A stretch of 63,427 bases of DNA, the filler included. It is 10 parts of 10 records of this genome, joined end to end, with 100 filler letters (N's around TTAATTAATTAA, not from the genome) between each part and the next. Parts side by side here need not be neighbours in the genome. Positions count along the whole stretch, not along the records: positions 37,873 to 43,668 come from SRR31156797_56950; positions 43,769 to 49,798 come from SRR31156797_57068; positions 49,899 to 56,727 come from SRR31156797_57104; 7 more parts are not named here. One strand, given 5' to 3'. Made by a program: the position numbers and the translations under genes. Below, piece by piece: positions 39,398-50,153 of this stretch (the stretch's first letter is position 1; every line of letters begins with the position of its first letter). The notes under the pieces were generated by a model, which was given only the letters and a program-made list of their open reading frames with translations, did not search any database and was not told the DNA's origin.

Positions 39398-40168
39398 TTA
39401 AGCTTTTGCTGCTGCCGCTGCTTTAGCAATTGCTGCGAAGCTTTTCGCATCTAGAGAAGCACCACCAACTAGAGCACCGTCGATGTCTGGTTGTGAGAAG
39501 TAAGCTTCTGCGTTTTCTGGCTTAACAGAACCACCGTATTGGATGATTACCTGTTCTGCTACTGCTGCGTCTTTCGCTGCGATAAGAGCACGGATAGAAG
39601 CGTGGATGCGTTGTGCATCTTCAGCTGTTGCTGCTTTACCAGTACCGATAGCCCAGATTGGTTCGTAAGCGATGATTGCACCGTTTAGCGCTTCAACGCC
39701 GTAAGCGTCGATAACTGCGTTGATTTGACGCGCACATACTGCTTCAGTTTCGCCAGCTTCGTTTTGAGCTTCAGATTCACCGATACAGAAAACAGGTTTT
39801 AGGCCATTTTCTTTTAGGAATGCGAATTTCTTAGCAACAAACTCGTCAGATTCGTTGTGGTAATCACGACGCTCTGAGTGACCGATGATGATGTGAGTAG
39901 CACCGAAATCTTTCAGCATTTCTGGAGACATATCGCCAGTGAAAGCACCGCTGTTGTTTAGGTCAGTGTTTTGTGCACCTAGGATGATTTTGTTACCACC
40001 TTCAGCGATTAGACGCTCAGCTAGGTCTAGGTAAAGTGCTGGTGGAGCAATAGCAACGTCAACGCCTGTTACACCTTCAAGTTCAGCATTAAGGCCATTA
40101 AGCAGCTCAGTTACCATTGTTTTGCTGCCATTTAGTTTCCAGTTACCCATTACGACAGGACGACGCAT
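39398..40168 (-). CDS. tpiA: Triosephosphate isomerase
   Basis: [34 protein letters not shown]. Confidence 0.98.
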   Translation of the reverse strand: MRRPVVMGNWKLNGSKTMVTELLNGLNAELEGVTGVDVAIAPPALYLDLAERLIAEGGNKIILGAQNTDLNNSGAFTGDMSPEMLKDFGATHIIIGHSERRDYHNESDEFVAKKFAFLKENGLKPVFCIGESEAQNEAGETEAVCARQINAVIDAYGVEALNGAIIAYEPIWAIGTGKAATAEDAQRIHASIRALIAAKDAAVAEQVIIQYGGSVKPENAEAYFSQPDIDGALVGGASLDAKSFAAIAKAAAAAKA

Positions 40169-40416
40169 AAGAAGATCTCCAATATCAATAAACGTTTAAA
40201 TAAAAAGTCATAAACAAAATGTGATAGCGACAGAATATAGCAGATAAAATTCAGTAGATCATGATTAGGGTCATGACTTTCTGGGATCTTAGACCAGATG
40301 AAGCTTGGCTTAGCCGTGATCTCACTGACAGATTCAGTGGTTTAGACTCGGCTTTTATGCTGTAGCTTGCTATTACTGTCATCAAGTATAGTGAAATATA
40401 GAAAAAGGAAGTCAAA

Positions 40417-40776
40417 ATGCCCAATTTAGTACTGGAGTATTCCAACTCAGTGGAAGAGCGAGTCAATATTCAGGGGCTACTCGAAGATTTGCATCAGGCG
40501 GTACTAAAAAGTGGGCTGTTTGAAACCAGTTCGGTAAAATCTCGCACCCTGCGAGGTCATCACTGGCTCATCGGAGATGTCGGTGACAGCGAAGATTTTA
40601 TTCACCTCAGTTTTGAATTGATGTCAGGGATAACGGCGGAGAAAAAACGAGAAATGTCTAATCAATTGATGGATGTACTGGTCTCTCAAGCAAGCCACGT
40701 ATACAGTTTAACTATCGATGTCCGTGATATGGATGAAACCGGGTTTAACAACATCATTAGGTCAACAGATCTCTAG
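40417..40776 (+). CDS. 5-carboxymethyl-2-hydroxymuconate isomerase family protein
   Basis: MPNLVLEYSN, SGLF..VKSR, FIHL tautomerase pattern. Confidence 0.85.
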   Translation: MPNLVLEYSNSVEERVNIQGLLEDLHQAVLKSGLFETSSVKSRTLRGHHWLIGDVGDSEDFIHLSFELMSGITAEKKREMSNQLMDVLVSQASHVYSLTIDVRDMDETGFNNIIRSTDL

Positions 40777-40785
40777 GTTATAGCT

Positions 40786-41214
40786 ATGCCGATTACTACA
40801 TTACTTTTTTCTTTTCAGGGTCGAATTGGACGTAAAACATTTTGGATCTGGAATTGTATTTATTACCTCATGATTGCTGGGTTTGTTGTTGGGGCAAACC
40901 AACTGTTCCCGGGGATTGCAACCTACATATTGCCGTTGTTCTTAGTGATTATTTTAATCCCTGATTTAGCGATCACGGCTAAGCGCTGGCACGACAGAGA
41001 TAAAACCAGCTGGTGGTTATTGTTGAATATCCCTTTGGTTATTGGACGAATGAGTGTTCCTGTCGGTGCTGAAGCGATGAATGCTGCCGAACCTGAGCTG
41101 ATTGAGACCATAATCTCTGCTGCAGCACTTTTGTGTGGCTGTTGGATTTTAATCGAGTGTGGATTTATGAAAGGCTCGGAAGGGGATAATCGATTTGGCA
41201 AACAGCCGGATTGA
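40786..41214 (+). CDS. DUF805 membrane protein
   Basis: FSFQGRIGRKTFW, KRWHDRD, G.NRFG. Confidence 0.88.
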   Translation: MPITTLLFSFQGRIGRKTFWIWNCIYYLMIAGFVVGANQLFPGIATYILPLFLVIILIPDLAITAKRWHDRDKTSWWLLLNIPLVIGRMSVPVGAEAMNAAEPELIETIISAAALLCGCWILIECGFMKGSEGDNRFGKQPD

Positions 41215-41233
41215 TCTAACGACTAACAACGAT

Positions 41234-41257
41234 AAAAGGGAGCGAAAGCTCCCTTTT
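41234..41257. terminator. Bidirectional terminator
   Basis: aaaagggagc-gaaa-gctccctttt between convergent genes. Confidence 0.75.
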
Positions 41258-41260
41258 ACT

Positions 41261-41611
41261 TTAGCGCCATTTCTCTTCGGTGTTGCGCTGAAACGGAATA
41301 ATCTCGGCTTGTTGTTGAGGTTTGAAGTCACCTTCAAGTGCGAAGCGGAATTTTTCCATCTGTACCGTCATCTCTCGCATTAAAGTCACATTGATGTGGT
41401 TTGGGTTTTTGCATTGACTGACAACGAGATCGATATGGCTCTGTTGAGCTCTAAGGCGTTCCTGCATATTGGAAGATGCGGAAAGGATCATTTCTTCACA
41501 CATATCGCGTTTGAATTGAGTAAACGCTTCTGGATTTTTTTGAGCAAGAGCAACCAACTCATCAAAGGGAGGCAGTTCTTGATTAATTAAGGCTGACTGA
41601 GGTTGGGGCAT
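41261..41611 (-). CDS. DUF3135-like protein
   Basis: LPPFDELVALA..PEAF..RL.A.Q..ID. Confidence 0.75.
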   Translation of the reverse strand: MPQPQSALINQELPPFDELVALAQKNPEAFTQFKRDMCEEMILSASSNMQERLRAQQSHIDLVVSQCKNPNHINVTLMREMTVQMEKFRFALEGDFKPQQQAEIIPFQRNTEEKWR

Positions 41612-41731
41612 AAAAAAGGCTCCTCTACCAGATATGGTGTTGTACTGGCTTAAGCATAGTTACAAACACCAAATAGGGGAGGCTTAGAGTGGAATGAAAA
41701 TCTCGATTCTTGAATTTGAGACAGAACTAGT

Positions 41732-42349
41732 TCAAACGTATGAAATGAGATAAGTACAGCGGCGTTCACCTTGGATAATGTGTTCTTGACGTTGTACTTG
41801 GTAGCTCTGCCCTAAAAGCTGTTGGAAAACATTGAGTTCTGAAGCACATAAGTTTGGACAGCGAGTTGCCGCCTTACAGATGGGGCAGTGGTTTTCAACT
41901 AACAGGTAACCTTGTTCAGTTTTTTCTAACTCAGCCATATAGCCCTCCTGCTCACGCAGTTTGACCAGAGCGTTCAGTTTATCTTCTAGGCTGGATAGCT
42001 CATCCAGCGTTTTTCGGTAGAGCGATAAGGTCTGCGCTTCGCGCTCGGCGGCCACCTTGGCAACGCCTTCTTTGCCAAAAAGGTGCTCGACCGCATCAAT
42101 GACTTGAATCGTAAGCTCGCCATGACGATCGGCGAATTGGTCATGGCCTTTACGAGTTAAAGCCCAATGGCGAGTCGGGCGACCCACTTTGACTTTGACA
42201 TCATAAAAAGTGAGGATCCCGTCTTCTTCTAAGCTTTGCAAATGCTGACGAGCACCCATAGTGGTGATAGACATATCCTCAGCCAGCTGTTTAGCCGTGA
42301 CTGCACCTTCTCGCTTGATGGTGTGCAAAATTCTATCAATGGTTTTCAT
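41732..42349 (-). CDS. SufR-like HTH transcriptional regulator
   Basis: N-terminal HTH, VGRP, GYMA, ENHCPI..C..C. Confidence 0.82.
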   Translation of the reverse strand: MKTIDRILHTIKREGAVTAKQLAEDMSITTMGARQHLQSLEEDGILTFYDVKVKVGRPTRHWALTRKGHDQFADRHGELTIQVIDAVEHLFGKEGVAKVAAEREAQTLSLYRKTLDELSSLEDKLNALVKLREQEGYMAELEKTEQGYLLVENHCPICKAATRCPNLCASELNVFQQLLGQSYQVQRQEHIIQGERRCTYLISYV

Positions 42350-42598
42350 CGTCCCTCACTCATGGAATTCCTGCCCAAGCTTATTTCGGCAGAAATCTCG
42401 CTCCTGTTGCTTTTGTCTCTTGATAAGCCACTAGCAGTTATTATGAGTATTGAGCTTAATAAAGCAAATTATTTACTTAGCTAGCGCGATGAAGTGCGTG
42501 CCAATGCTCTTTTTGCCCACCCAAAAGTCAGTTTGAAATCACTTTGCGGAATACTTCTCAATTGAATCGTTAATTTCATCACACTTTTTTGCTTTTTA

Positions 42599-42632
42599 CC
42601 CCTTGGGTTATGCTCGACTACCCCCCACATAT
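42599..42632 (+). promoter_or_regulatory. Sigma32-type heat-shock promoter
   Basis: CCCTTG..CCCCCACAT upstream of groES. Confidence 0.55.
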
Positions 42633-42710
42633 CATTCACAAGCTAATGGGTTAACTGACCCTACACAGCATTTATTAACCAAATGGAAATTAAATCAGGA
42701 GAGACGACCG

Positions 42711-43001
42711 ATGAACATTCGTCCATTACATGATCGAGTTATCGTTGAACGCCAAGAAGTTGAATCTAAGTCTGCTGGTGGCATTGTTCTTACTGGTTCT
42801 GCTGCGGAGAAATCAACTCGCGGTAAAGTAGTTGCAGTAGGTAAAGGCCGCATTTTAGAAAACGGTACAGTTCTACCATTGGACGTAAAAGTTGGCGATT
42901 CTGTAATTTTCGCAGAAAGCTACGGCACAAAATCAGAAAAGATTGATGGTAAAGAAGTTCTAATTTTGTCGGAAAGCGACATCCTAGCAATCGTTGAGTA
43001 A
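42711..43001 (+). CDS. groES: Co-chaperonin GroES
   Basis: [19 protein letters not shown]. Confidence 0.98.
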   Translation: MNIRPLHDRVIVERQEVESKSAGGIVLTGSAAEKSTRGKVVAVGKGRILENGTVLPLDVKVGDSVIFAESYGTKSEKIDGKEVLILSESDILAIVE

Positions 43002-43053
43002 ATTGCTCTGATCTTTAATAAACAGATCGTTCTAACCAACAGATCAATAATGA

Positions 43054-43668
<615 letters not shown>

Positions 43669-43769
43669 NNNNNNNNNNNNNNNNNNNNNNNNNNNNNNNN
43701 NNNNNNNNNNNNTTAATTAATTAANNNNNNNNNNNNNNNNNNNNNNNNNNNNNNNNNNNNNNNNNNNNG

Positions 43770-44345
43770 GCGGCGCGGGCCGAAGCCCGCACCGCGGTGG
43801 CCAGCGAGCGCTACACCCGGTTCATTCTGGAAACCGGCGCCTGGATGGCCGGGCGCGGCTGGCGCGACCAGCCGGTCAGCGAGGCTTCGGCCTTTCTGTT
43901 CAAGCCGATCACCGAATTGTCCGACGCCTTGATCAACAAGCGCTTCAAGAAGGTGCGCAAGGAAGGCCGCCGCTTCGGCGAGATGACGGTCGAGGAAAAA
44001 CATCAGCTTCGCATCGACGTCAAACGGCTGCGTTACGCCATCGATTTTTTCAGTTCCCTGTATGAACCGAAAAAGGTCCGCGGCTTCATCGTCCGCCTGC
44101 AGAAACTCCAGGACGGCCTCGGTTACATGAACGACCTGGCCGTCGCCGGAGACCTGGTCGAACAGATCGGCGGCTCGGCCCAGGGGGCAACGGGTGCCAG
44201 CCTGCGTCAGGCCGGCGCTCTGGTCATGGGATGGCACGGGCATGCCTGTGTCGAAGCGACGAAAACCCTGGCCGAGGACGTCGCCGGGCTGGTTGCCGCC
44301 AAACCCTTCTGGTCGAAACCGCAGAAAACGGACGACGCATGCTGA
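43770..44345 (+). CDS. CHAD-domain polyphosphate-binding protein (5' truncated)
   Basis: HQLRIDVKRLRY..LQDGLG.MND. Confidence 0.88.
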   Translation, partial: AARAEARTAVASERYTRFILETGAWMAGRGWRDQPVSEASAFLFKPITELSDALINKRFKKVRKEGRRFGEMTVEEKHQLRIDVKRLRYAIDFFSSLYEPKKVRGFIVRLQKLQDGLGYMNDLAVAGDLVEQIGGSAQGATGASLRQAGALVMGWHGHACVEATKTLAEDVAGLVAAKPFWSKPQKTDDAC

Positions 44346-44980
44346 CTGTTCTGATCACCAATCCCAAGGGCGGGTGCGGCAAAACGACGCTGGCCACCAA
44401 TCTGGCCGGCGCCTTCGCGCATACCGGATTCAAAACCGTGCTGGCCGACTGCGACCGGCAGAAGTCGAGCCTGTCCTGGTTGAAACGGCGGCCTGACGAA
44501 GCACCGGCCGTGACCGGACTGGATTGGACAAAGGACGTCGGCAAGGTGCCCGGCAAAACCCAGCGACTGGTCGTCGACGCTCCGGCCGCCATTCGCAAGC
44601 AAGGCGTGCGCGAATTGGTGCAGACCGCGGACGTCATTGTCATACCGGTTTTGCCGTCCATGTTCGACGAAGCCACAACCCGCAGTTTTCTGCGCGTTCT
44701 CGACAAACTGAAGCCAATCCGCAAGAATAAGAGAGCCGTCGCGATGGTTGGCAACCGTATTCGCCTTCGGACCAACACGGCCCGGCAGCTCGACGACTTC
44801 CTGACCGGGTCGGAATACGACGCAGGCGTACGGTTTCGCGACTCGCAATTGTATCCGACGGCGGCGGCCACGGGGCTGAGCATTTTCGACCTGGCGCCGA
44901 GCCGTACGGAGCGTCTGGTCGAGGATTGGCAAACGCTGCTTCGATTGATCGGCGGCGTTGCCATCGAACGGGAGCGATAA
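44339..44980 (+). CDS. Short ParA/MinD-family ATPase
   Basis: Deviant Walker A KGGCGKTT, D.D.Q.S, VVDAP, IPV.PS.FD; start overlaps the CHAD stop. Confidence 0.9.
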   Translation: MLTVLITNPKGGCGKTTLATNLAGAFAHTGFKTVLADCDRQKSSLSWLKRRPDEAPAVTGLDWTKDVGKVPGKTQRLVVDAPAAIRKQGVRELVQTADVIVIPVLPSMFDEATTRSFLRVLDKLKPIRKNKRAVAMVGNRIRLRTNTARQLDDFLTGSEYDAGVRFRDSQLYPTAAATGLSIFDLAPSRTERLVEDWQTLLRLIGGVAIERER

Positions 44981-45033
44981 AACGAAAACCCGCACGTGGG
45001 TTTCGAAAATGACGTCTATCCGGGAGAAACGAC

Positions 45034-46836
45034 ATGTTTGAAGCGGCCGAACTTGGCAATCAAGTCGACAAAACCGTTTTTAATCAACAGGTTCCGTTAC
45101 TCCGCACAAAACTTCTGGAGGTCCAGCAGAAGATCAGGCGGGCCAATTTTCCGGTCATAATCGTGTTTGCCGGCGTCGACGGCGCCGGTAAAAGCGAGAC
45201 CGCCAATCTGCTGAACGAATGGATGGATCCGCGCTGGTTGGTGACCCGCGCCTACACCCAGCCGTCGGACGAGGAATTGGAACGACCCGAATTCTGGCGC
45301 TATTGGCGCGACCTTCCGCGAAAAGGTGTCATCGGCTGTTTCCTCAGTTCGTGGTATTCGCGCCCCGTTCTCGACCACGTCTACGGCCAGAAGACCGATT
45401 CCGGACTGGACGAGGAACTGGACCGAATCGTCGCCTTTGAACGCGGCCTGGCCAGTGACGGCGCGCTTATTTTGAAATTCTGGATGCATCTGGGCAAAAA
45501 AGCGCAGAAGGAGCGATTCGAGGCTCTGGAAAGCAGCCCCCTGACCAGTTGGCGCGTCACCAAGACCGACTGGGATCATTGGCGCATCTACGACAAATTC
45601 ATCGCCAGCGCCGAACGCACCATCATGCGCACCAGCGTTGGTCGCGCCCCGTGGCACATCGTCGAAGGCGCCGACCCCCGTTACCGCAGCCTGACGGTGG
45701 CGACAACGGTGCTGGAGAACATCGAACGGCGGCTGAAGCAGTTCGAAATGCGGCAGCGCGTCAGGGAAACCCTGAAAACGACCGAGGAAGAGAAGAAAGG
45801 CAAGGGCAAAGGCAAAAAAAAGAAAGACGCCAAGAAAGGAAACGGCAACGGCAACGGTAACGGCGGGCCGATCCCGGCTTCGGAAATCGGCATGTCGGCG
45901 CCGGGGATTTCGATCCTGAGCAAACTGGATATGGATGCGGATTTGCCGCGCGACGAATATTTCAAGAAGCTTGAGATGTATCAGGGGCGCCTCAACCGCC
46001 TGTCGCGCGAAGCCCGGGACCGCGGCCAGTCGTCCATCCTCGTATTCGAAGGCTGGGACGCCGGCGGCAAGGGCGGATCCATTCGCCGGATGACGGCGGC
46101 GCTCGATGCCCGCAGCTATCAGGTCATTCCGATCGCCGCGCCAACCGACGAAGAAAAAGCGCATCACCACCTATGGCGGTTCTGGCGCCATCTATCCAGG
46201 GCCGGCCGCGTCACCATCTTCGATCGCAGTTGGTACGGGCGCGTTCTTGTTGAAAGAATCGAAGGCTTCGCCACCGAGGCCGAATGGATGCGCGGATACT
46301 CGGAACTCAACGATTTCGAGGAGCAATTGGTCGATCACGGCATCGTTCTTCTCAAATACTGGGTGCATATCACCAAGGAAGAACAGCTTAGCCGCTTCAA
46401 AGCGCGCAAAAAGATCTCATATAAACGCTGGAAGTTAACGGACGAGGATTGGCGCAACCGCGAAAAGTGGGATCAATACGAGCTTGCCGTCAACGACATG
46501 ATCGCGCGCACCAGCACGTCGATCGCGCCGTGGACACTGGTCGAAGGCAACAGCAAGCGGTTCGCCCGCATTCGGGTTATCAGCACGTTCTGCAAGGAGT
46601 TGGAAAAAGCGCTCGACAAGGGGCGCAAACCGATGAAAAAGGCGGCACCGTCCCAGGCCAAAAAGGCAGCCAAGCCGACCGCCACGAAAGCGGCACGCCC
46701 GGCGGCCCGCAAACCGGCGGCCCGCAAGGCGGCGGCAAAACCGACAGCCAAAGCCGCGGCGGCGACGGCACGCAAACCGGCCCGAACGACGGCCAAAAAG
46801 ACGACGCGTACGCCGGCCCGCCGGCGCAAAACCTAA
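45034..46836 (+). CDS. pap: Polyphosphate:AMP phosphotransferase (two-domain PPK2) with Lys/Ala-rich tail
   Basis: AGVDGAGK and EGWDAGGKGG, FDRSWYGR; C-terminal KPAARK repeats. Confidence 0.92.
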   Translation: MFEAAELGNQVDKTVFNQQVPLLRTKLLEVQQKIRRANFPVIIVFAGVDGAGKSETANLLNEWMDPRWLVTRAYTQPSDEELERPEFWRYWRDLPRKGVIGCFLSSWYSRPVLDHVYGQKTDSGLDEELDRIVAFERGLASDGALILKFWMHLGKKAQKERFEALESSPLTSWRVTKTDWDHWRIYDKFIASAERTIMRTSVGRAPWHIVEGADPRYRSLTVATTVLENIERRLKQFEMRQRVRETLKTTEEEKKGKGKGKKKKDAKKGNGNGNGNGGPIPASEIGMSAPGISILSKLDMDADLPRDEYFKKLEMYQGRLNRLSREARDRGQSSILVFEGWDAGGKGGSIRRMTAALDARSYQVIPIAAPTDEEKAHHHLWRFWRHLSRAGRVTIFDRSWYGRVLVERIEGFATEAEWMRGYSELNDFEEQLVDHGIVLLKYWVHITKEEQLSRFKARKKISYKRWKLTDEDWRNREKWDQYELAVNDMIARTSTSIAPWTLVEGNSKRFARIRVISTFCKELEKALDKGRKPMKKAAPSQAKKAAKPTATKAARPAARKPAARKAAAKPTAKAAAATARKPARTTAKKTTRTPARRRKT

Positions 46837-46865
46837 AAGTAAGCCTAAAAGAAAGAAGGACCCCC

Positions 46866-49181
46866 ATGGGCATCACGGCGACACCGAAAGACGAGGCGGC
46901 AGAAAACATAGAGATGGATACAACCGACGCGGCGGCGCCGACGGCGGCGAAAAAAGCACCGGCAAGACGTGCCGCCCCCCGACGCCCGGCACAAAAACCC
47001 GCACCCCAGGTTCAAGTCCCTGGCAGCGGGCCGAAAGCAGGCGCGCGCGGATTTACCGTGCCGAAAAACCTGCGCACGCCGAAGCTCTATCTCAACCGTG
47101 AACTGACCTGGCTTTCGTTCAACCGGCGGGTCCTCAACGAAGCGCGCGATCCGCGCACACCGCTTTTGGAACGGGTCAAGTTCCTGGCGATCGCCGATAT
47201 GACCCTCGATGAATTCATCATGAAGCGGATCGGCGGCCTGAAACAACAGATCGGCGCCGGCGTTCATCGTCCGACCGTCGACGGCCGCACGCCGCATCAG
47301 CAGGTCGACGAATGCCTGGCCGAGGTTGCCGAGATCGAGGTCGTCAAACGCGACACCTATTTGATGTTGATGCGGGAGCTGTCGCGGCACGGCATCAAGA
47401 TCGTCGCCCACAACAAGCTGACCCGGGCGGAAAAGGACGGCCTTCGGGAATACTATCTGACCAACATTTTCCCGCTGGTGACACCCTTGGCCATGGACCC
47501 GGCGCACCCGTTCCCGCACCTGTCGAACCTGTCGCTCAATCTTTTGGCTTCCCTGCATCAGGGCGACGAGAACGAATCGGTGATGGCGCGCGTCAAGGTG
47601 CCGGTCGGGTCCGGTGTCCCGCGTTTCCTGAAGATCGGCGACGACAACCGCTTCGTACCGCTGGAAGAGGTCATGGCCAACAACCTCGACCTGCTGTTCC
47701 CGGATCGCCGCATCCAATCCTGCGAACTGTTCCGTGTGACCCGCAACGCCAACACCGAGAAGGACGAGGAACACGCCGACGATCTTCTCGAAATGATCGA
47801 AACGGAACTCAGGGACCGCCGGTTCGCGCCGATCGTGCGCCTGCAGACCGCGTCCGGCATCGTGCCGCTGCATCGCGGCATGCTGGCGGCTGAATTGGGC
47901 CTTGACGAGGAAAAGGACGTCAGCGAATCCGATGTCATGATCGGCATGAAGGACCTGATGGAAATCGCCTCGCTGGACATTCCCGAGTTGCACGATGCGG
48001 CGCATCGCCCGATCGACAACGTGACCCTGCAGGATCCGCGGAACATTTTCCATATCATCCGCGAAAACCACTCGATCCTGCTCCAGCACCCCTATGAATC
48101 CTTCTCGACCTCGGTCGAGCGGTTCGTCCGCGAAGCCAGCCGCGACCCCAAGGTCATGGCGATCAAGATGACCCTGTATCGAACCTCGGCGGGAACCGCG
48201 ATCCTCGACTATCTGATGGATGCGGCCCGCAACGGCAAACAGGTTGCCGTGGTGGTCGAACTGAAGGCCCGTTTCGACGAGGCCGCCAACATCCAATGGG
48301 CCAACCTCTTGGAAGAGGTCGGCGTCCATGTCACATACGGCGTCGTCGGCCTGAAGACCCACGCCAAGGCTATTTTGGTGGTCCGCCGCGATTTCAACGG
48401 CCTGCGCCGCTATGCCCATATCGGCACCGGCAACTATCACGCCGGCACCGCCCGCATGTATTGCGACCTGGGCCTGTTGACCAGCGACGAGGACGTCGGC
48501 CACGACCTGACCGAACTGTTCAACTACCTGACCACCGGCTGCAAGCCGTCTCGCAACTACCGCAAGATCCTGACCGCGCCGAAGGCGATGAAAAAGGCGC
48601 TTCTCGACAAGATCGACCGCGAGATCGCGCTGCACAGCGCCGGGACGCCCGGCCACATCCGCCTGAAAACCAATGCGCTCGAGGACGCCGACCTTGTCGA
48701 ATCGCTCTATCGCGCCTCGCAGGCCGGGGTCAAGGTCGACCTGATCGTGCGGGACACCTGCCGGTTGATTCCGGGCATCAAGGGGCTTTCCGAGAACATC
48801 CGCGTCGTCGGCATCGTCGGCCGTTTCCTCGAGCACACGCGCATCTACAATTTCATGAACGGCGGCCAGCCCGAATATTACATCGGTTCGGCCGACCTGA
48901 TGCGCCGCAACCTGAAAAGCCGCGTCGAGATCATCGCCCCGGTCGAAGACCCGGCCCACCAGCGCGAACTGGATTTCATGCTGGAAGCCCAACTCGGCGA
49001 CCAGCGAAGTGTCTGGGACATGCAGTCCGACGGCAGCTATATCCAGCGGCAGCCGGAATCGCGCCAGCAATCGACGGGGTGCCAACTGGCCCTGGTCGCC
49101 ACCGCCGAAAAACGCCATTCCGACGCCAACCGGTTGCGCAAGCGGCGGCTGCGGGGCATCGCCCGCCGCCAGTCGCAATAG
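46866..49181 (+). CDS. ppk1: Polyphosphate kinase 1
   Basis: NRELTWL.FN.RVL, PAHPFP, HPYESF, ELKARFDE, KTHAK, GRFLEH. Confidence 0.96.
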   Translation: MGITATPKDEAAENIEMDTTDAAAPTAAKKAPARRAAPRRPAQKPAPQVQVPGSGPKAGARGFTVPKNLRTPKLYLNRELTWLSFNRRVLNEARDPRTPLLERVKFLAIADMTLDEFIMKRIGGLKQQIGAGVHRPTVDGRTPHQQVDECLAEVAEIEVVKRDTYLMLMRELSRHGIKIVAHNKLTRAEKDGLREYYLTNIFPLVTPLAMDPAHPFPHLSNLSLNLLASLHQGDENESVMARVKVPVGSGVPRFLKIGDDNRFVPLEEVMANNLDLLFPDRRIQSCELFRVTRNANTEKDEEHADDLLEMIETELRDRRFAPIVRLQTASGIVPLHRGMLAAELGLDEEKDVSESDVMIGMKDLMEIASLDIPELHDAAHRPIDNVTLQDPRNIFHIIRENHSILLQHPYESFSTSVERFVREASRDPKVMAIKMTLYRTSAGTAILDYLMDAARNGKQVAVVVELKARFDEAANIQWANLLEEVGVHVTYGVVGLKTHAKAILVVRRDFNGLRRYAHIGTGNYHAGTARMYCDLGLLTSDEDVGHDLTELFNYLTTGCKPSRNYRKILTAPKAMKKALLDKIDREIALHSAGTPGHIRLKTNALEDADLVESLYRASQAGVKVDLIVRDTCRLIPGIKGLSENIRVVGIVGRFLEHTRIYNFMNGGQPEYYIGSADLMRRNLKSRVEIIAPVEDPAHQRELDFMLEAQLGDQRSVWDMQSDGSYIQRQPESRQQSTGCQLALVATAEKRHSDANRLRKRRLRGIARRQSQ

Positions 49182-49218
49182 CGGGCAGGCCGATAACGGT
49201 CCCGGTGAAAGGACCGCC

Positions 49219-49737
49219 ATGAAGACCGTCTTTCTTCTGCGGCACGCCAAGTCGAGCTGGAAGAACCCCGGTTTGTCCGATTTCGATCGGCCGCTGAACA
49301 AACGCGGCAAAACGTCGGCCAAGGCGCTGGCCGCCCACGTGGCTGCCGAAGGCATCCGTCCCGACGTCGTACTCTGCTCGGCCGCCAAGCGCACGCGAGC
49401 AACCCTGAAACAGGTTCGCAAAGGATTCGGCGCCGACGTCGAGACGATCTTCGACGATGCCCTCTATCACGCCGGTCCCGGCGATTGGATGCAGCACCTT
49501 CAGGAACTGGAAGCGGGATTGGGCTCGGCCATGGTCGTCGGCCATAACCCGGCGATCGAGGAACTGGCCCATCACCTGATCGGCGGCGGCGACGAGGATG
49601 CCTACGGCCGCCTGTCCTTCAAGTATCCGACCGGCGCCCTGGCCGTCCTGACCGCCGAGATCGATGCCTGGCACGATCTCACGCGCAGCGGCGCCCGGCT
49701 GGTTTCCTTCGTCTGCCCACGCGACCTGGAAAGTTGA
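49219..49737 (+). CDS. sixA: SixA-like histidine phosphatase
   Basis: LLRHAKSSW, DFDRPL..RG, VGHNP. Confidence 0.88.
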   Translation: MKTVFLLRHAKSSWKNPGLSDFDRPLNKRGKTSAKALAAHVAAEGIRPDVVLCSAAKRTRATLKQVRKGFGADVETIFDDALYHAGPGDWMQHLQELEAGLGSAMVVGHNPAIEELAHHLIGGGDEDAYGRLSFKYPTGALAVLTAEIDAWHDLTRSGARLVSFVCPRDLES

Positions 49738-49898
49738 ACCGGCTCGACGCCGGTATGGAAATCGGCCGCCGCGCTCCCACATAGCCTTTGGGACCAAGNN
49801 NNNNNNNNNNNNNNNNNNNNNNNNNNNNNNNNNNNNNNNNNNTTAATTAATTAANNNNNNNNNNNNNNNNNNNNNNNNNNNNNNNNNNNNNNNNNNNN

Positions 49899-50147
49899 GG
49901 CGTTGATGGACTTCATGTAGATCATGTTTTCCACACCATTGATCTGCTGCTCCAATGGCGTAGCCACGGATTGTTCTACGCTGACGGAATCGGCACCCGT
50001 ATAGGTGGCCCGAACTTCGACGATGGGCGGTGTAATATCCGGGTATTGCTCCGATGGCAGACCGCCTAGAAATACGATGCCGACAATGACCATAAATATA
50101 GCGATGACCATGGCCACGATGGGCCGTCTTACGAAAAAATCACCCAT
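49899..50147 (-). CDS. RND efflux permease N-terminus (truncated)
   Basis: FFVRRPIVA, QYPDI.PP, TPLEQQINGVENM. Confidence 0.9.
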
Positions 50148-50153
50148 AGTTGC

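Noticed and set aside
46449-46865. Long N-terminal extension of PPK1 in the ORF track (910 aa)
   Set aside because: Overlaps the pap 3' end; an RBS supports ATG 46866
46845-49421. 858-aa antisense ORF (also 59946..62045, 60316..61980, 57161..58396, 45097..46170)
   Set aside because: Shadow ORFs overlapping well-supported genes in high-GC DNA; no recognisable motifs
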